DNA of 63,295 nucleotides, filler included, from Globobulimina sp. (GCA_003354225.1; 39 parts of 39 records of this genome joined end to end with filler, not necessarily neighbours in it), one strand, 5' to 3'; positions 34,153 to 47,568 are shown, numbered from the whole stretch's first letter. Notes: generated by a model not told the origin, from the letters alone. Numbers and translations: made by a program.

Positions 34153-35621
34153 GGACATAAAAACGGCTGTTCCCCGCATAGCAAGATCAACATTGTCAGC
34201 CCTAACGAGTATATATCCACTTTGGGTGTGATCAATGACTTCATCCCTTTATACGGCGACCATTCCGGCGCAGAATACCCCAAAGTGCCCCTCCACTCAC
34301 TCAGCACACTGGCGCTATCCCGTTCATATCGCGTACACAAATCATAATCGATCACCGCAGTCTTATACTCCTTAGCCACTGCGTCGTATTCATAGACTAA
34401 GTTCTCCGGCTTGATGTCGCCGTGAATATAGCCATTCTCGTGCATGGTTTCCAAGGTATTCACCACGCCGTTCTTCAACAACATCTTCAATTCCATCTCA
34501 TTCATACACCTTTTTTTCGCGATATACGTTTCCTTTAATAACTCGCACATCGACCCCTTGTATAAATGCGATACGATTAAAAACAAAGACTTCTGCGAAT
34601 CGACAAATATCTCCACGCCGTCTCCCAATAATCCTAATCGTTGCACCATGCGCCAATTCCGCAATATCTCGTATAATATGTTGACGTTCAAGTGCTTGAA
34701 ACAAATCTCTTTCATGGCGTAGAAAGCCTGCGAATGCCAGGATTTTACAGCGTAAATCTTACCATTGGCACCCTTGGCAATTAAGCCTAATTTCATGTAT
34801 TTGTTATTGAAGTCCTTCTTGGTGGCTAAGTCCATCATATATGTAGACACTGCCTGCAATATGTCGTTATGTGTGGTTTTGGGGGGATTTTTACTTTTTT
34901 TTTTGAGAATTGGTGCGGGTTTATCTGTATCTTTGTTTTTATTCATATTCATATGTATGTCGTATCTGGATAACGAGTTAAATATATATTTTAATAACGA
35001 TTTCGTATCAGAATAATCGACAGTGTTTTTATGCTCCATCTGACTATTTTGCACGGTGTGGTATACTTGCAAGTGTCGGAAATCTTTGGTCAATCCGATG
35101 TGGGAATAGCCATCCAATTCAGACATGAAAATGGACAGTTCGCTGTCGGTTATTTGCGGGGAAATGGATAAATGCGTCAGGATGAATGAGATACGTTTAC
35201 ATGGCACACATTCGTGTGTGGATTGGCATTGATTGGCGGCCTCGAAGGCCATGAGATTAGTGTCGCAGTTTGAGGCGTGGTTCACTTGTCGCCATGATAA
35301 ACATGGATGGGATTTGTTCATTTCTGTCATGCATTTTGCATTATGGGTGCCGGTGTTGTCTGTATTGGTGGTGTTGCGTTTGGTGGCTTTGGTGTTTGTA
35401 TCGGCAGATTTAGCAAATTTTAGTTTGGGTTTTTTGTGGATGATTTTGAGGTTTTTGGTGAAGGAATTGAAGGAATGAAGAGTTGGTTTTGGAGGAGGAT
35501 GATCCGACGGTTTTGAGTGTTTGTTTTTGTTGTTATGGGTTTTGGATAAGATTGATTTTTTGAACCATTCCATCATTTTTGTCTTTTTTTTTTTTGTTGG
35601 TATTGAGTTTCTTGATTCCAT
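34153..35621 (-). CDS. Ser/Thr protein kinase with long N-terminal extension, 3'-truncated
   Basis: IAKGANGKIY, YAMKEI, IHGDIKPENL, DYD in place of DFG, GTLGYSAPE, DIYSLG. Confidence 0.88.
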
Positions 35622-36047
35622 TTGTTATGTAATTTAAATAATTAATTGGTGGGTTTCTGAAAGAAATCACAAAAGTTNNNNNNNNNNNNNNNNNNNNNNN
35701 NNNNNNNNNNNNNNNNNNNNNTTAATTAATTAANNNNNNNNNNNNNNNNNNNNNNNNNNNNNNNNNNNNNNNNNNNNGATGTACTGTGAGATAACTTGTC
35801 ATCAAGCTGTACTGCTAAAATAGGAAAACACAATATATTTAAACCATGCCGACTTCCCATCATTGTCCTCCATCAGAGTCTCGTGATCGTGACAAATTAT
35901 CTCGCTGCTGTTTATCTCATAATCATAATCAAACATGCACGGAATTCTCTATTTTTATTTGCAAGTACTGAAAAGAATATTCAAAATTTGATCGATCGAT
36001 GTTTGCACAAATCAAAGACACCAAAGCAGGAATCGCGGAATTTGAAG

Positions 36048-37220
36048 ATGGAGTGCTGTTCAAAGTCTGAAACTCAAATGAATATCTCACAAAAGCAAGA
36101 CCAGTAATCAGTGAACCGAGCTTAAAAAACCAATGGTATGTGATTGAGAGCTCGTCTCAATTGCCCAAGAATGGAAACAAGAAATTATTCGTTCAATTAT
36201 TTTGTGAACCCATCATTTTATATCGCAGTGAAGATGGACAAATCGTAGCCGCACAGGACACTGTCCATGGGCACTGTACAGAATGGTGTATTGCAGTGAA
36301 GATACCACGAATGGGCATTTGGCAATGATGGGAGAGCAAAGTCAATCCCATCAGCAGCGCCAGGCTTCATTGACAAAGTGAAATTATTCACCATTCCGTG
36401 CTATGAAAGCGATGAACTCATTTTGTTATTTTATGGCGACCCACAATACGCAAACATTAATAATATTTTGAGATATCCATTCCATTCACACAAAAAAGCA
36501 CAATGCAGTGAAGTCATTGGTGACTTGGATGGCATTTGGTTCCATCATATCGAAAACTTGCTCGATTCTGGCCACGTTTACTTCATTCACAAAAATTTTC
36601 CAGCTTTTAAAAATAAGAGCTATGCCAAAGATTCACCACTTGTGATCAAGACTTACAAAGACAAACGAGGGTTCTTATTTGTGAATGAAAATTCAGATCC
36701 AACACATAAGAATACAATCATGCGATTTGATCCACCATGTTGTGTGATCCACCATGCAGGAATGGTATTAATCTCTTTCTTTATTATTCCATGCAATAAG
36801 AATCATATATGAGTAATCACACGAACATATCTGCCAATCTTTAGAATATTAAAGAGAGTCGTTCCATTTTTTGAGGGTTCCTTGTCATTGGCCCAATACC
36901 AACTGTTGGACGAAGATAATTGTTTGATATCAGGACAGTCTATACAGACTGATTATTTGGGCGCACCTGTTACAAATATACCACGCGGGGAAGATTTAAC
37001 TCTGAAGACATTTTACAAATGGACGAGAGCAGCCATACAAAATGATGGAAAAGATCAGATTTGGTTCAAATCATGGGCAAAAGAGAAAGGTAAGTGTGTG
37101 TTGAATGGCTTCGGAACAGAACAAGCATGTCTATCGAATGTCGACGTCGATATTGAGGATTTGTTATCAAACCCAATAATAATTTCCACACCCTTTGGTG
37201 ACCTGTTCATATTAAGGTAG
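36048..37220 (+). pseudogene. Rieske non-heme iron oxygenase (VanA/CAO/PaO-like) pseudogene
   Basis: NQWY...EPIILYR..GQIVA; CxH box deleted with frameshift near 36260; LQ*RYHEW (TGA 36297-36299 at the Cys position); intact ENLLDxxHxxFIH; in-frame TGA 36810-36812. Confidence 0.82.
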
Positions 37221-37403
37221 TAATACATTTTAGAAGAGTTTCCACGTGGGCATTGGTCTGATTAAACTGTATTTTTGTTGATTTTTTGGCGAAAAACAAA
37301 ATNNNNNNNNNNNNNNNNNNNNNNNNNNNNNNNNNNNNNNNNNNNNTTAATTAATTAANNNNNNNNNNNNNNNNNNNNNNNNNNNNNNNNNNNNNNNNNN
37401 NNA

Positions 37404-38165
37404 ACTGGTATAATTGATAAAAATGGCAATGTCATAAATTTAAGCAAATATATTTCAACTTTATCAGATCGATTAATTCCTTATACATTAATTAAAAATA
37501 ACTCTCCCCTCAAAAACTCCAACAATTTTCCCAACGATCCCAACAATTCTGAACCACCTAAAAAACGAAGAAGATTAAATATATTCCCTCAAAATAACAC
37601 AAATACACAACAAAATAATACAAATACAGCCTTAATACAACGTAATACACCAAATCCTCGAAATAATGCCCCTCAATATACAGTTCCTCGCAATATTAAC
37701 AATTTACAAATTGCAGCCCCTTCTTATAATTCTCGCCAAAATAAACCATTAAATACTCCCATATTTGCACCACAGGCAATAACTGCTGCGGACTTAACAA
37801 CGTTACGTAATGATATGACACGTGAATTTCAGCAAAGATTCGAAGAAAATAAACGAATCCAAGATCGTCGGAGTTATGCTAATAAACCAAAATTTGACTA
37901 TAATAATGACGATCCAAATACCATCGAATGTCTTGAAACTGTAAATCAAAACAAAATAACCGGATTTATAGTAGATAAACAAAAGAAACATGATCCCAGT
38001 GTCGTAATGGTAGACCAAGTCGTTGCAAAACAAAAAAACAAAACAATCACCGAATTAAATACCTTATTAAACACTAAATATACCCCATCCGGTGTACGCA
38101 TCACAAATAGCGATGTTTTAACAGAATTAGAAAGTTACTTATCTTTATTTTCTTTTTCTATCTAA
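37404..38165 (+). CDS. Asn/Gln-rich hypothetical protein with NLS-like PPKKRRR, 5'-truncated
   Basis: Frame open from the contig start to 38165. Confidence 0.55.
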   Translation, partial: TGIIDKNGNVINLSKYISTLSDRLIPYTLIKNNSPLKNSNNFPNDPNNSEPPKKRRRLNIFPQNNTNTQQNNTNTALIQRNTPNPRNNAPQYTVPRNINNLQIAAPSYNSRQNKPLNTPIFAPQAITAADLTTLRNDMTREFQQRFEENKRIQDRRSYANKPKFDYNNDDPNTIECLETVNQNKITGFIVDKQKKHDPSVVMVDQVVAKQKNKTITELNTLLNTKYTPSGVRITNSDVLTELESYLSLFSFSI

Positions 38166-39027
38166 CTTTATAATGTTTGCAATGACTTTGGTAATTTTTA
38201 ATTCTTTCTGGCGCTTAGTCTGTGACAATAAATCACTTCTTACGATTGATCTTTTTATTAAATTATCCATTGTCCATTAATCTCATTTTTATTCTGCAAC
38301 AACCGCATTCCTTTACTGTTTACAATGTGTAATTGTTGGGTTTGTGAAAGAAATCACAAAAGTTTGTAAATTAAAATAGGTTGCTTTGAAACAAAAAAAA
38401 AATTAGGTTTCGGTAATGTGTGGATTGGATTGAAGAAATTAAGCAAATGTGAATATTGTATGTAAATTTCTTCAATCGAATAATTAATTCTTGTACCAAT
38501 TCTCTGAAACAACGCACGTTCAGATGTTTTGGAATTGTGTATTATTTGGAATTTCATATGGGATATGGTGGTATTAACTGACTAGAGTAGAGGACTTAAA
38601 AAATGTTTTTGGAATTATTTTTTTCAGATTTTTAACATGCTGCATTAGATCAGCGAATATACAACGAAAAAACTGATAAATATTACCCAATACCCAGGAT
38701 TGAAAGAGAAAAGTGATCCTAGTCACCCTATGTCCAATTTATTGTTCATTATATAATTTTAATTGGATCTAAAGCAATAAATTAATTATCTTGATTTTAC
38801 GAATAAAAGTCCGACCACCACAATGAAAATTAGCTCAATAGTTGTGACTGCAGTGTTATATTTGTCGTGTTTGTGTGAAATTCAATTTATATGGAATTTC
38901 TGCGCAATCCTGGTATTTCGAGGATTGNNNNNNNNNNNNNNNNNNNNNNNNNNNNNNNNNNNNNNNNNNNNTTAATTAATTAANNNNNNNNNNNNNNNNN
39001 NNNNNNNNNNNNNNNNNNNNNNNNNNN

Positions 39028-39160
39028 TTGCTGTTGTTGTTGTTGCTGTTGTTGTTGTTGCTGTTGTTGTTGTTGCTGTTGTTGTTGTTGCTGTGGTTGT
39101 TGTTGCTGTGGCAGTGGTTGTTTTGGTTGTTTTGGTTGTTGTGGTTGTTGTGGTTGTCGT
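39028..39160 (-). repeat. (CAA)n/CAG poly-Gln and QQP coding microsatellite
   Basis: Regular CAG(CAA)3 12-mers running to the contig edge. Confidence 0.9.
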
Positions 39161-40305
39161 GGTATTGCCCTCTCTGGCTCAACGCGTACGTTACCGTATG
39201 GTAAAGTGTCAGCTGTTGCATCCGCAGACTCTGGAGGTGGCAATGCAGGATCCGCAGCACCTGATCGGAGCAGTGGTCTACGTTTAGATTCTTCTGCGAG
39301 ACGGAGCTCTGATTCTGGCGCATGCTCACCATAACCGTATGGTAAATTGTCGGCTGTTGCATCCACAGTCAGAGGTTCCGATTCATGTTGTTGTTGTTGC
39401 AGTGGGTGTTGTGGTTGTTGTGGTTGTCGGAGCTTTGGCGGATATGGGCCTATAGAATCGTATGAGTCTCCATAATATGAGTCTGCATATGAGTCTCCTT
39501 CTCGTACTTCAGTTGCGGCACTGACATCATCACCAGAATGAAGTGTCTCCGAGTCTGCTGTGGCCATAGTAGCAGACGACTCGGCTCCGCTCACATCAGC
39601 ACCTGATGAGCGCAGTGGTGTACGTAGTTCTTGAGCACGTGGCGCCTCATCAGCACTATAAAACTCAAGACTAGCACTATCAGATTGATCAGCAGCTACA
39701 CTCGCATCATGTGGATCAGCTGCAGTGATGAAGGAGTAACACTTGAAAGTCTTCTTTGACGGGAATATATCGTTGGACCTCGATACTTACACTCCCATTT
39801 TTCTGCAGGCTTCTCATGCGATATTGTCAGTGTGAACTGCAACGCAACAAAATATAAATTGGCCAATTTAGCGGGATCTATATCGCAGTGGTGATAGTGT
39901 ACATCATTCGTACGCGTCGCCTCTCCGACACGTAAACGGTGATTGGGTTCATGAGTTCCATCAAACAGAGCATGGTAAGTCCCCCACCAATAATTGGGTG
40001 GCAATGCTGTGGAAACATACATTACAAAGAACGCATTTGAAAGCAAAAAAGAAATATGACACTAAACATTGCCACAGCTGCTCGTTGCGCAGAATGTCGG
40101 TTATTGAGGGTATATTGGACATGGATATGCGTCGGAGATTGGAGTTAGTTAAAGCATACATTTTAGGATCATTATCCATTTGGAATACGAATGCTTGTAA
40201 TTGCAATATTACACCATGCCATTGGGTGTTAGGTGAAAATACATGAAATCGCAATGGATCATTGTGGTATCGCGTTAATTTGAATTCCTCCCCACATAAA
40301 TCCAC
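39028..40305 (-). pseudogene. Disrupted ORF with internally duplicated modules and poly-Q
   Basis: Overlapping ORF pieces in different frames; DATADxLPYG occurs twice and an RxPL..SGA motif twice. Confidence 0.4.
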
Positions 40306-40652
40306 AGCTTCTGTAAGATTGTAGTTTAACGCAATTATATTATATAAACAAATTTTAGTATTAAACTTGAAATTGTTGGCGCAGCGGTATATGTCTGACG
40401 TGTTCTGAAATAGTCTGAATATATATATATTGCATCAATGTACACAATAAAATAGCAAATGGATAACTTAACGACATAGATTTGATGTAGTCATAGGATT
40501 TCTGCCTTCAATGGTCCAAAAACCGGGAGCCATCTCGAACAATTTAGCAATANNNNNNNNNNNNNNNNNNNNNNNNNNNNNNNNNNNNNNNNNNNNTTAA
40601 TTAATTAANNNNNNNNNNNNNNNNNNNNNNNNNNNNNNNNNNNNNNNNNNNN

Positions 40653-42177
40653 CGCATTTTTGTTTGAATTAATTCATTTTTATTAAAATATTCAATGTCT
40701 GGATCTGACGCATTATTGTCATTATAACATCTCTCTAAATCAACAATGTTATCAATACATTTCCAATCGATTTTCATCGCATCCATCTCTGTAATAAGTG
40801 GACAAATTAAATAAAATCGTTGATTCTCTTTTTCTTTTTCATCCATATCAGCGTCCATAATTTCAATTAATTTTTTTTTCTTTTTGTTACCCCCACGATC
40901 TAATAACGTAAATACCAATTTGTGATATTTTTTAATTTGATTCAATCTTTCTTTACTGAGATGTATCATATTATTGCTATCAGCTTTCAATAACGACACC
41001 TCACTCTCAACATAGTCAACATGCTCTTCATCGATATCGGATTTCTCTTCTTTCCCTTCTTTATTCTGATTATAATTATAATTATGAATTAACTGCGCAT
41101 ATTTATGTACCTCTTTAAATATTTTATTATCATCGCGTTTTCTGATCTGTATTGAAAATTTAATATAAGACAGCCATTCATCAGATAACTGTTTTGGTAA
41201 TAAAATACCAATTGGAAAATTATTAGGATCATTACAAATATTTATGTCATACAAATATGCACAAATATTGCCATTCTCTTCATTTATCATAAAATCGCTG
41301 CTTAGAACGGATGAAATGTGCAATTCTTTAATAGGGATACTTTGAAATAATGCCCTCTCTTTTTGCAATAACTTTGTCTCTTCATTCCTTCGGATTATCT
41401 CAACCGGCACTAAATTCACATCCCATAATCCGTCTTCTTTCAAAGCAGCAATAATATCCACAGCACATTTCCTTTCCGCAGCTTTTTTATTCCCTGCGAT
41501 ATTTTCAAATTGATACTTTCTTAATTTCCATTTATTTGTTTTAAATATAATAACACATTGAAAACCTTGCTCAATTTCAATAAAATATTTGTCAATCTCT
41601 GCATTGTTACTATTATCAATACCTAAGTAATCGATGTATCTCTGTAACATTGACACCGCGTTCACCGTACTGGCAAAAGCATGCGTCTCTTTTACTTGAA
41701 ATTCATATCTATTGATCATGACGTGGTCATACTGCATTTCCAAAGGAGTATTAGAATTACAACAAGCTTCCATTTGCTGTTCCTGTTCTACAAAGTTGTC
41801 AACTCTTTGTTTTTCTTCATCGTTTTCAGAGTCAATAAACAAAACAAATTTGCTCCATTTCTTCCTCGCTCTGCCTTTGCTTTGAATGTACGTTTTAAGC
41901 GTAGTCGGCAAAGCATACATAACCACACAATTACATGCTTGTATATCAATGCCTTCCTCTGCCACTGAGGTGGCAATGAGATAATTTATATCTTTACTTT
42001 TAAATTTATTAATACATTGCAATTGTTGTTTGTCACTCATCGCCAACAATGTACCGGAATGCCCTGTCAATACACCAAATTTAATATGTTTAAACCTGGT
42101 GGATAATATACGTTGCAATACATATGCGATTAACCTCTCTTTCACAAATATAATCCCTTGTTGCTTAATACTGGCGC
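40653..42177 (-). CDS. Dicer-like protein: helicase-C, DUF283 dsRNA-binding fold and platform region, internal fragment
   Basis: GIIFV, LIATSVAEEGIDIQACNCVV, YIQSKGRAR, AVSMLQRY...KKAAERKCAVDIIAALKEDGLWDVNLVP. Confidence 0.88.
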
Positions 42178-42277
42178 NNNNNNNNNNNNNNNNNNNNNNN
42201 NNNNNNNNNNNNNNNNNNNNNTTAATTAATTAANNNNNNNNNNNNNNNNNNNNNNNNNNNNNNNNNNNNNNNNNNNN

Positions 42278-43018
42278 ATCATAATCAATATATTTAGTTG
42301 AATGAGTTTGTGATTCTCGTCTTTTCTTTTCTACATAAAATGTTTCGTCAAAATATAGCATTTGTTTTTCAATCAATTTGGTGTCTTTCCCTAAACCAAA
42401 ACACAAATTCAACACAAATAATAAAGCAAACATTACAGCACAGATATAAAATAAATTAATCATTGAACAGAATGCCATTAGTAATGAGGTAATAATAGTT
42501 CCAAACGCTCCGACAATAATAGATGCCATTAGTACAATTCGTGAATATTTGGTGGCTATTTTTGGTGGTAATAACAATGATATACAACACAAAGGTGTGC
42601 TTTCCTGGATGTTGAATAATGCATTTAAAGCCACACAAACAATGAACCATGGGATTGATTTACAATTTGCCATTGCTATGACAGAAATAGTAGATAAAAA
42701 TACTCTGAATATGATCTGAATATCAATTGATACGAATTTACTTAAATCTGATATCAATACAGATCGGATACAGCAAATAGCCCCATCTGAAAATAAAGAT
42801 ATTCCAACGACTAATGGTGATGCATTTAAATGTTGTTTCAAGTACAGAGGAATTATTGTCAAAAGGATCATTCTGATTAACATTGATCCACATTGGTTTA
42901 AATAGATTATTTTTGCAACATATTTTTTGGTTGCGTTTAAACAGTCCATTTGGGCCAATTCATAGCTCTGCTCAATGACGTTTGGTTTTTGTTTAATTTG
43001 CAATAATGTCTGATCCAT
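42278..43018 (-). CDS. MFS-like transporter, N-terminal 6-TM half
   Basis: Six hydrophobic helices with MFS-like spacing (IIPLYLKQHLNASPLVVG; degenerate motif A). Confidence 0.68.
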
Positions 43019-44057
43019 CTTCTTTTTTGTTACTGTATGTTAATTATTAATAATTATAGAATTATAAATCTATAAATATAGAATTATGAATCCATAATCG
43101 AATATGGTCGAATCGCCTATATATAACAATGCTAAACCAATTATTTTGTCAAAAGCTGATGATAAATTAATGTGATTTCTTGTCTTGTTCTAATATTTAG
43201 AGCAACTGCACACAAATATTCGCGAAAAAACATTTATAGCCACAAATGCTTTTGTCACCGTAATGGGTGTTATTTCTGTAATTGTTGCATATTTTGGTGT
43301 TTATTTTGGTAACTTAGTTATCGCAGAAATTGCCTTTAATTCATTTGTATTTCATATCAAATCATTACAGTAATATTATTATAGCATATCAAAACATTTT
43401 CGGGTACCACATGTTTTGCCTATCAAAAAAACTATGTTATTTACTTGACACAAGTGTGAGTAGTATTGTGTCAACAAACTAGTTTTTATGAAAAGAGGCA
43501 GAGCGTTTCTAAACAAAAACGTAAAAATACAAAGTGGATACAACACAAAAAAATGAGATCATATATCATCTAACAATGCTCTATGGCCTCCCATCCCATC
43601 ATCCAATCCAACTGTTAAACCAATTTGCAATGCAAGCATTTCTATATGTTCATCATCATCAACGCGGAATTGTGCAACTTTATGGCTGGCAACCTCATCT
43701 CCTACATTTTCTATTGCCGCATCAATTATAGTATCGTCATCAACATCTGCCGGATTAAAATATGTTTTATGTCTCTCCACTAAACACAAATATAACCACA
43801 TANNNNNNNNNNNNNNNNNNNNNNNNNNNNNNNNNNNNNNNNNNNNTTAATTAATTAANNNNNNNNNNNNNNNNNNNNNNNNNNNNNNNNNNNNNNNNNN
43901 NNCATATATTAGGCATTTTTGCCTTATCATAAAATCAACATGAATCCTTTTTTTATTGTGTATCGAACCTTGTTTGGAAAATACGGATAAAGGTTTTACA
44001 ATCTTAGTATATTGAAGTTTTTGCAGTTTCTTTTATTTAGAGTCTTCGCTTAACACC

Positions 44058-45427
44058 ATGTCAGACACAGAAAGTGTAACCACAGATGAAGAAGACGATG
44101 AAAAAAAAGACCCAAACTATGTGGATTGGAAAAACATGGAAAACATACGAGTTATCTGTCGTTTCCGTCCAATTAATTCCCGCGAGATTCGCGAAGAAAA
44201 AAGTGCTGGCTTAACAGACCACCCACCACTAATTGAGAACGATGGCCGATGTGTTCGTGTGGTCCGTGAAGGTATTCGCGCCTCCGCGGGACCAATGGAC
44301 TTTTATCTTGACAAAATCTTAGGAAGCTCCACCACGCAGCACAGTCTATACTTAAATGTGGGCAAACCAATGGTTGAAGCCTGCTTAGAAGGTTATAACA
44401 CCACAATATTCGCATATGGTCAGACCGGATCTGGTAAAACGTACACCATGTTCGGTCCCGAGAAATTAAAATCAAACAACGAGCTCGGTTGTGTCCAACG
44501 AGCACTGTCCTTTCTATTTACAGAATTAAACAACAGAAAGGACAAAAAAGCCGTGACTGAATGGAAAGTATTACTATATTTTGTACAATTATATAGAGAG
44601 AAACTAATGGATTTATTAGAGCCGGATAAAGGCATTGGTCTTAAAATAAGATATGATCCACAGACAGACTCGCCATATGTTCCCAATTTAAAACAAGTGG
44701 ATGTGCGCGAATTAGGCGAAGTGATAAAATTGTTATCTGTGGCCAATAGGAATCGCATCACAGATAAGACATTAATGAATGCAGAGTCGTCGCGCTCGCA
44801 TATGATTATGACCTTAACCATTGAGCAAACCTTAAGAGATGGCACAGTTAAAAAATCTAAATTAAATTTTGCAGATTTAGCGGGCAGTGAGACGTACGAA
44901 AAAGCAATAGGTGGCACGCGGGGTGCTATTGACAAGAAGAAAGTGGAGGAATTGAAAACAATCAACTTATCATTAACAAATTTAACCACATGTATTAATT
45001 ATTTAAGTAAAGGACGTAAAGCATCGTATCGATCCTCGCAATTAACCTTTTATTTAATGGATAGTTTGGGCGGTAATAGTAAGACAACGTTGGTGGTGGC
45101 TGCCTCACCGCATATTTTTAACCGGAGTGAAACGATACGTACTTTAAGGTACTTTTTGATTTGATGTATATATTTGTGATCATCTTCCATAAATATTTTT
45201 ATTATTAAGGTTTGCGAAAACTGCAAAATCGGTGAAAAATAATGCCAAAGTTAATAAGGAATTAAGTAAAGCGCAGTTGATTGCATTAGTTAAGAAATTA
45301 CAGAGAGAAAATAAAAAATTAAAAGCGAAATTGGCATTATTTGAAGCTGAATTGATCAAAAATAATATTGAATTACCTGTTGAGTCTGAAAAAAGCCACA
45401 AAAAAAATAAAAAACTGAAACGCGCTA
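44058..45427 (+). CDS. Kinesin motor protein with N-terminal motor domain (intron 45149-45209), 3'-truncated
   Basis: IRVICRFRP, GYNTTIFAYGQTGSGKTYTM, NAESSRSH, DLAGSE, DSLGGNSKT, ETIRTLR|FA, then neck coil. Confidence 0.96.
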
Positions 45428-45569
45428 NNNNNNNNNNNNNNNNNNNNNNNNNNNNNNNNNNNNNNNNNNNNTTAATTAATTAANNNNNNNNNNNNNNNNN
45501 NNNNNNNNNNNNNNNNNNNNNNNNNNNCCAGGATTTACCAATTCGTGGTGCATTATCCCCAGCACCGCT

Positions 45570-47052
45570 TTGCCGCAATATACCGCAAAATGGACGATTC
45601 GTAATCGAAATGGAATTCGCAATGAAACAATATCATATATATCATTAAATTCATATTTTATTGCATGGAATCAAAAAGCAAATGCAAAACAGATTGAAAA
45701 ATGCATTGAGAAATATAATGAAATTGCCGCCAATGACGACACATTAAATCAATTTTATGCAAACAAGGAATGGGTATTTGGAAAGAATAAAAAAGAAAAT
45801 GGAGCAATTAAAGCAAATTACAAAGCCAAATGGAATCAATTAATTGTATTATGCAAAGCAGATCGATTAAAAAATGAAAAATCAAACAAGAAAAATAATA
45901 AAAAAAGCAAACAAAAAGAAGAACAAAAAGATGAAATACAGCAACAAACACAATCACAGACACCACGAATACCATCAATCCAACCACAAACACCACTCAT
46001 TGGCAACAGCAGCGGTCGTAGACGAACGAGAGTGACCCCACAAATGCCAACACTCTCTGAAACCAAATCATATACAAACTTTCAGAAAGGAATACTAAAC
46101 GGAATGGATATCCCCGCAAAGCTATGTATAATGGATACAAATAAAGTAAATCATATTTATTTGCATCAATCGCAAATGATGCAATTAATTGGGAGAGTAT
46201 TTGCAGACAAATTGGATATATTCGCACAGAAAATCACCAACGAAATGCAGTCACAACACACGAATACAATTAGATATGTCAAGAAAGTGTTGGATGGACA
46301 TGGTTTATCACAGAAAAGACGAAGAAAATCAAAAGTAAGTATATCATCGCGGACAGCAAATAACAGAATAAATGAATTAGAGACAGCTGCGACAAATGCA
46401 TTGGATTCATATGGTTTATTAAAATTCGCCACAAAATTACTAACTGGCTCCCAAGAAATGACACATTTATGCGTGAATTCTGAAAATAAAATCACAAAAT
46501 TGATCAATAAAAAATTAGAAAACGATCTGAAAAATGTTAAGCATACATTATCAAAAATGTATAAAGATTTTTTTGCGATTTGCAAAACAATGCAATCGCA
46601 ACGTACCAACCAACAATATCGGAATTTAATAACCAAATTATCGACATATACGATGGTGAATGGAGTGGCAAAACGGAAACAAACGAATGACGATCAAATT
46701 ATTAATCAATTTGTTAATTCGGATGAATATAAAAAATGTTTAGCATACACGGACTCATTGGCGCGATATCGGGATATCTCGCATTGGCAAAGGTATTGGA
46801 TTGAATTAGAAGATGCAGAACGTAATGAAGATATAGTTTCAATTATTTATAAGGATTTATTCGCATTAACAAAGGCAATGTATTATCAATTGACGACAAA
46901 TATAATTTATTACGGAGCAACGAACGTATTTCATATAATCGATCATCAAAAGAAGATTGATACATTATTAGGGCGCGATATTTATGGTATTAAATATGAT
47001 ATCGATGATAAACAATTACCTGCGGATATTACTATTACGTGGGAGGAAAGAA
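45570..47052 (+). CDS. Hypothetical basic protein, about 495 codons, intronless, 3'-truncated
   Basis: Long open frame; no motif recognised. Confidence 0.65.
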
Positions 47053-47152
47053 NNNNNNNNNNNNNNNNNNNNNNNNNNNNNNNNNNNNNNNNNNNNTTAA
47101 TTAATTAANNNNNNNNNNNNNNNNNNNNNNNNNNNNNNNNNNNNNNNNNNNN

Positions 47153-47407
47153 CCCGGTCATAGCAGTTGGCGTCATTATCATTTCTGCTGTGTAACTTTC
47201 CCATGTTAAAGAATCTGTGTTACGGTCACCAATCCATGCGAAAGAACCGCTGACAGAGCCAGTATTTTGAATTTGACAGCCACTGCCGTGACTCCATGAG
47301 CCATATGTTGACGTCCATGTTGAACCATCACATGTGAGATCACCCAATTGTGAGGAAATATGGGGGAAAATGTTTGAAAAGGTTACTAGAAACCAGAAAG
47401 TTGACAT
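47153..47407 (-). CDS. Secreted protein, N-terminal fragment
   Basis: Signal-peptide-like start followed by W/S/T/G-rich sequence. Confidence 0.55.
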
Positions 47408-47568
47408 GATGGGGACTTTTCGACTAGCCTTAACTAAGGTTTTTCGAAAATCAAATCGTTACACATTTAAAAATTGCAAAGATTTTGAAGAGAAAAAAAA
47501 TTAAATTAATTTAATTTTAATCATAATGCACCAAAAACAAACACACATAAAATTACAGCTAGTTAAAT

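Noticed and set aside
36297-36299. TGA as selenocysteine at a Rieske ligand
   Set aside because: The same gene has a frameshifting deletion of the other ligand box and a further stop; pseudogenisation is simpler.
39620-39656. Hammerhead-like CTGATGA plus hairpin on the minus strand
   Set aside because: No correctly placed GAAA or stem I; it reads as part of the upstream coding frame.
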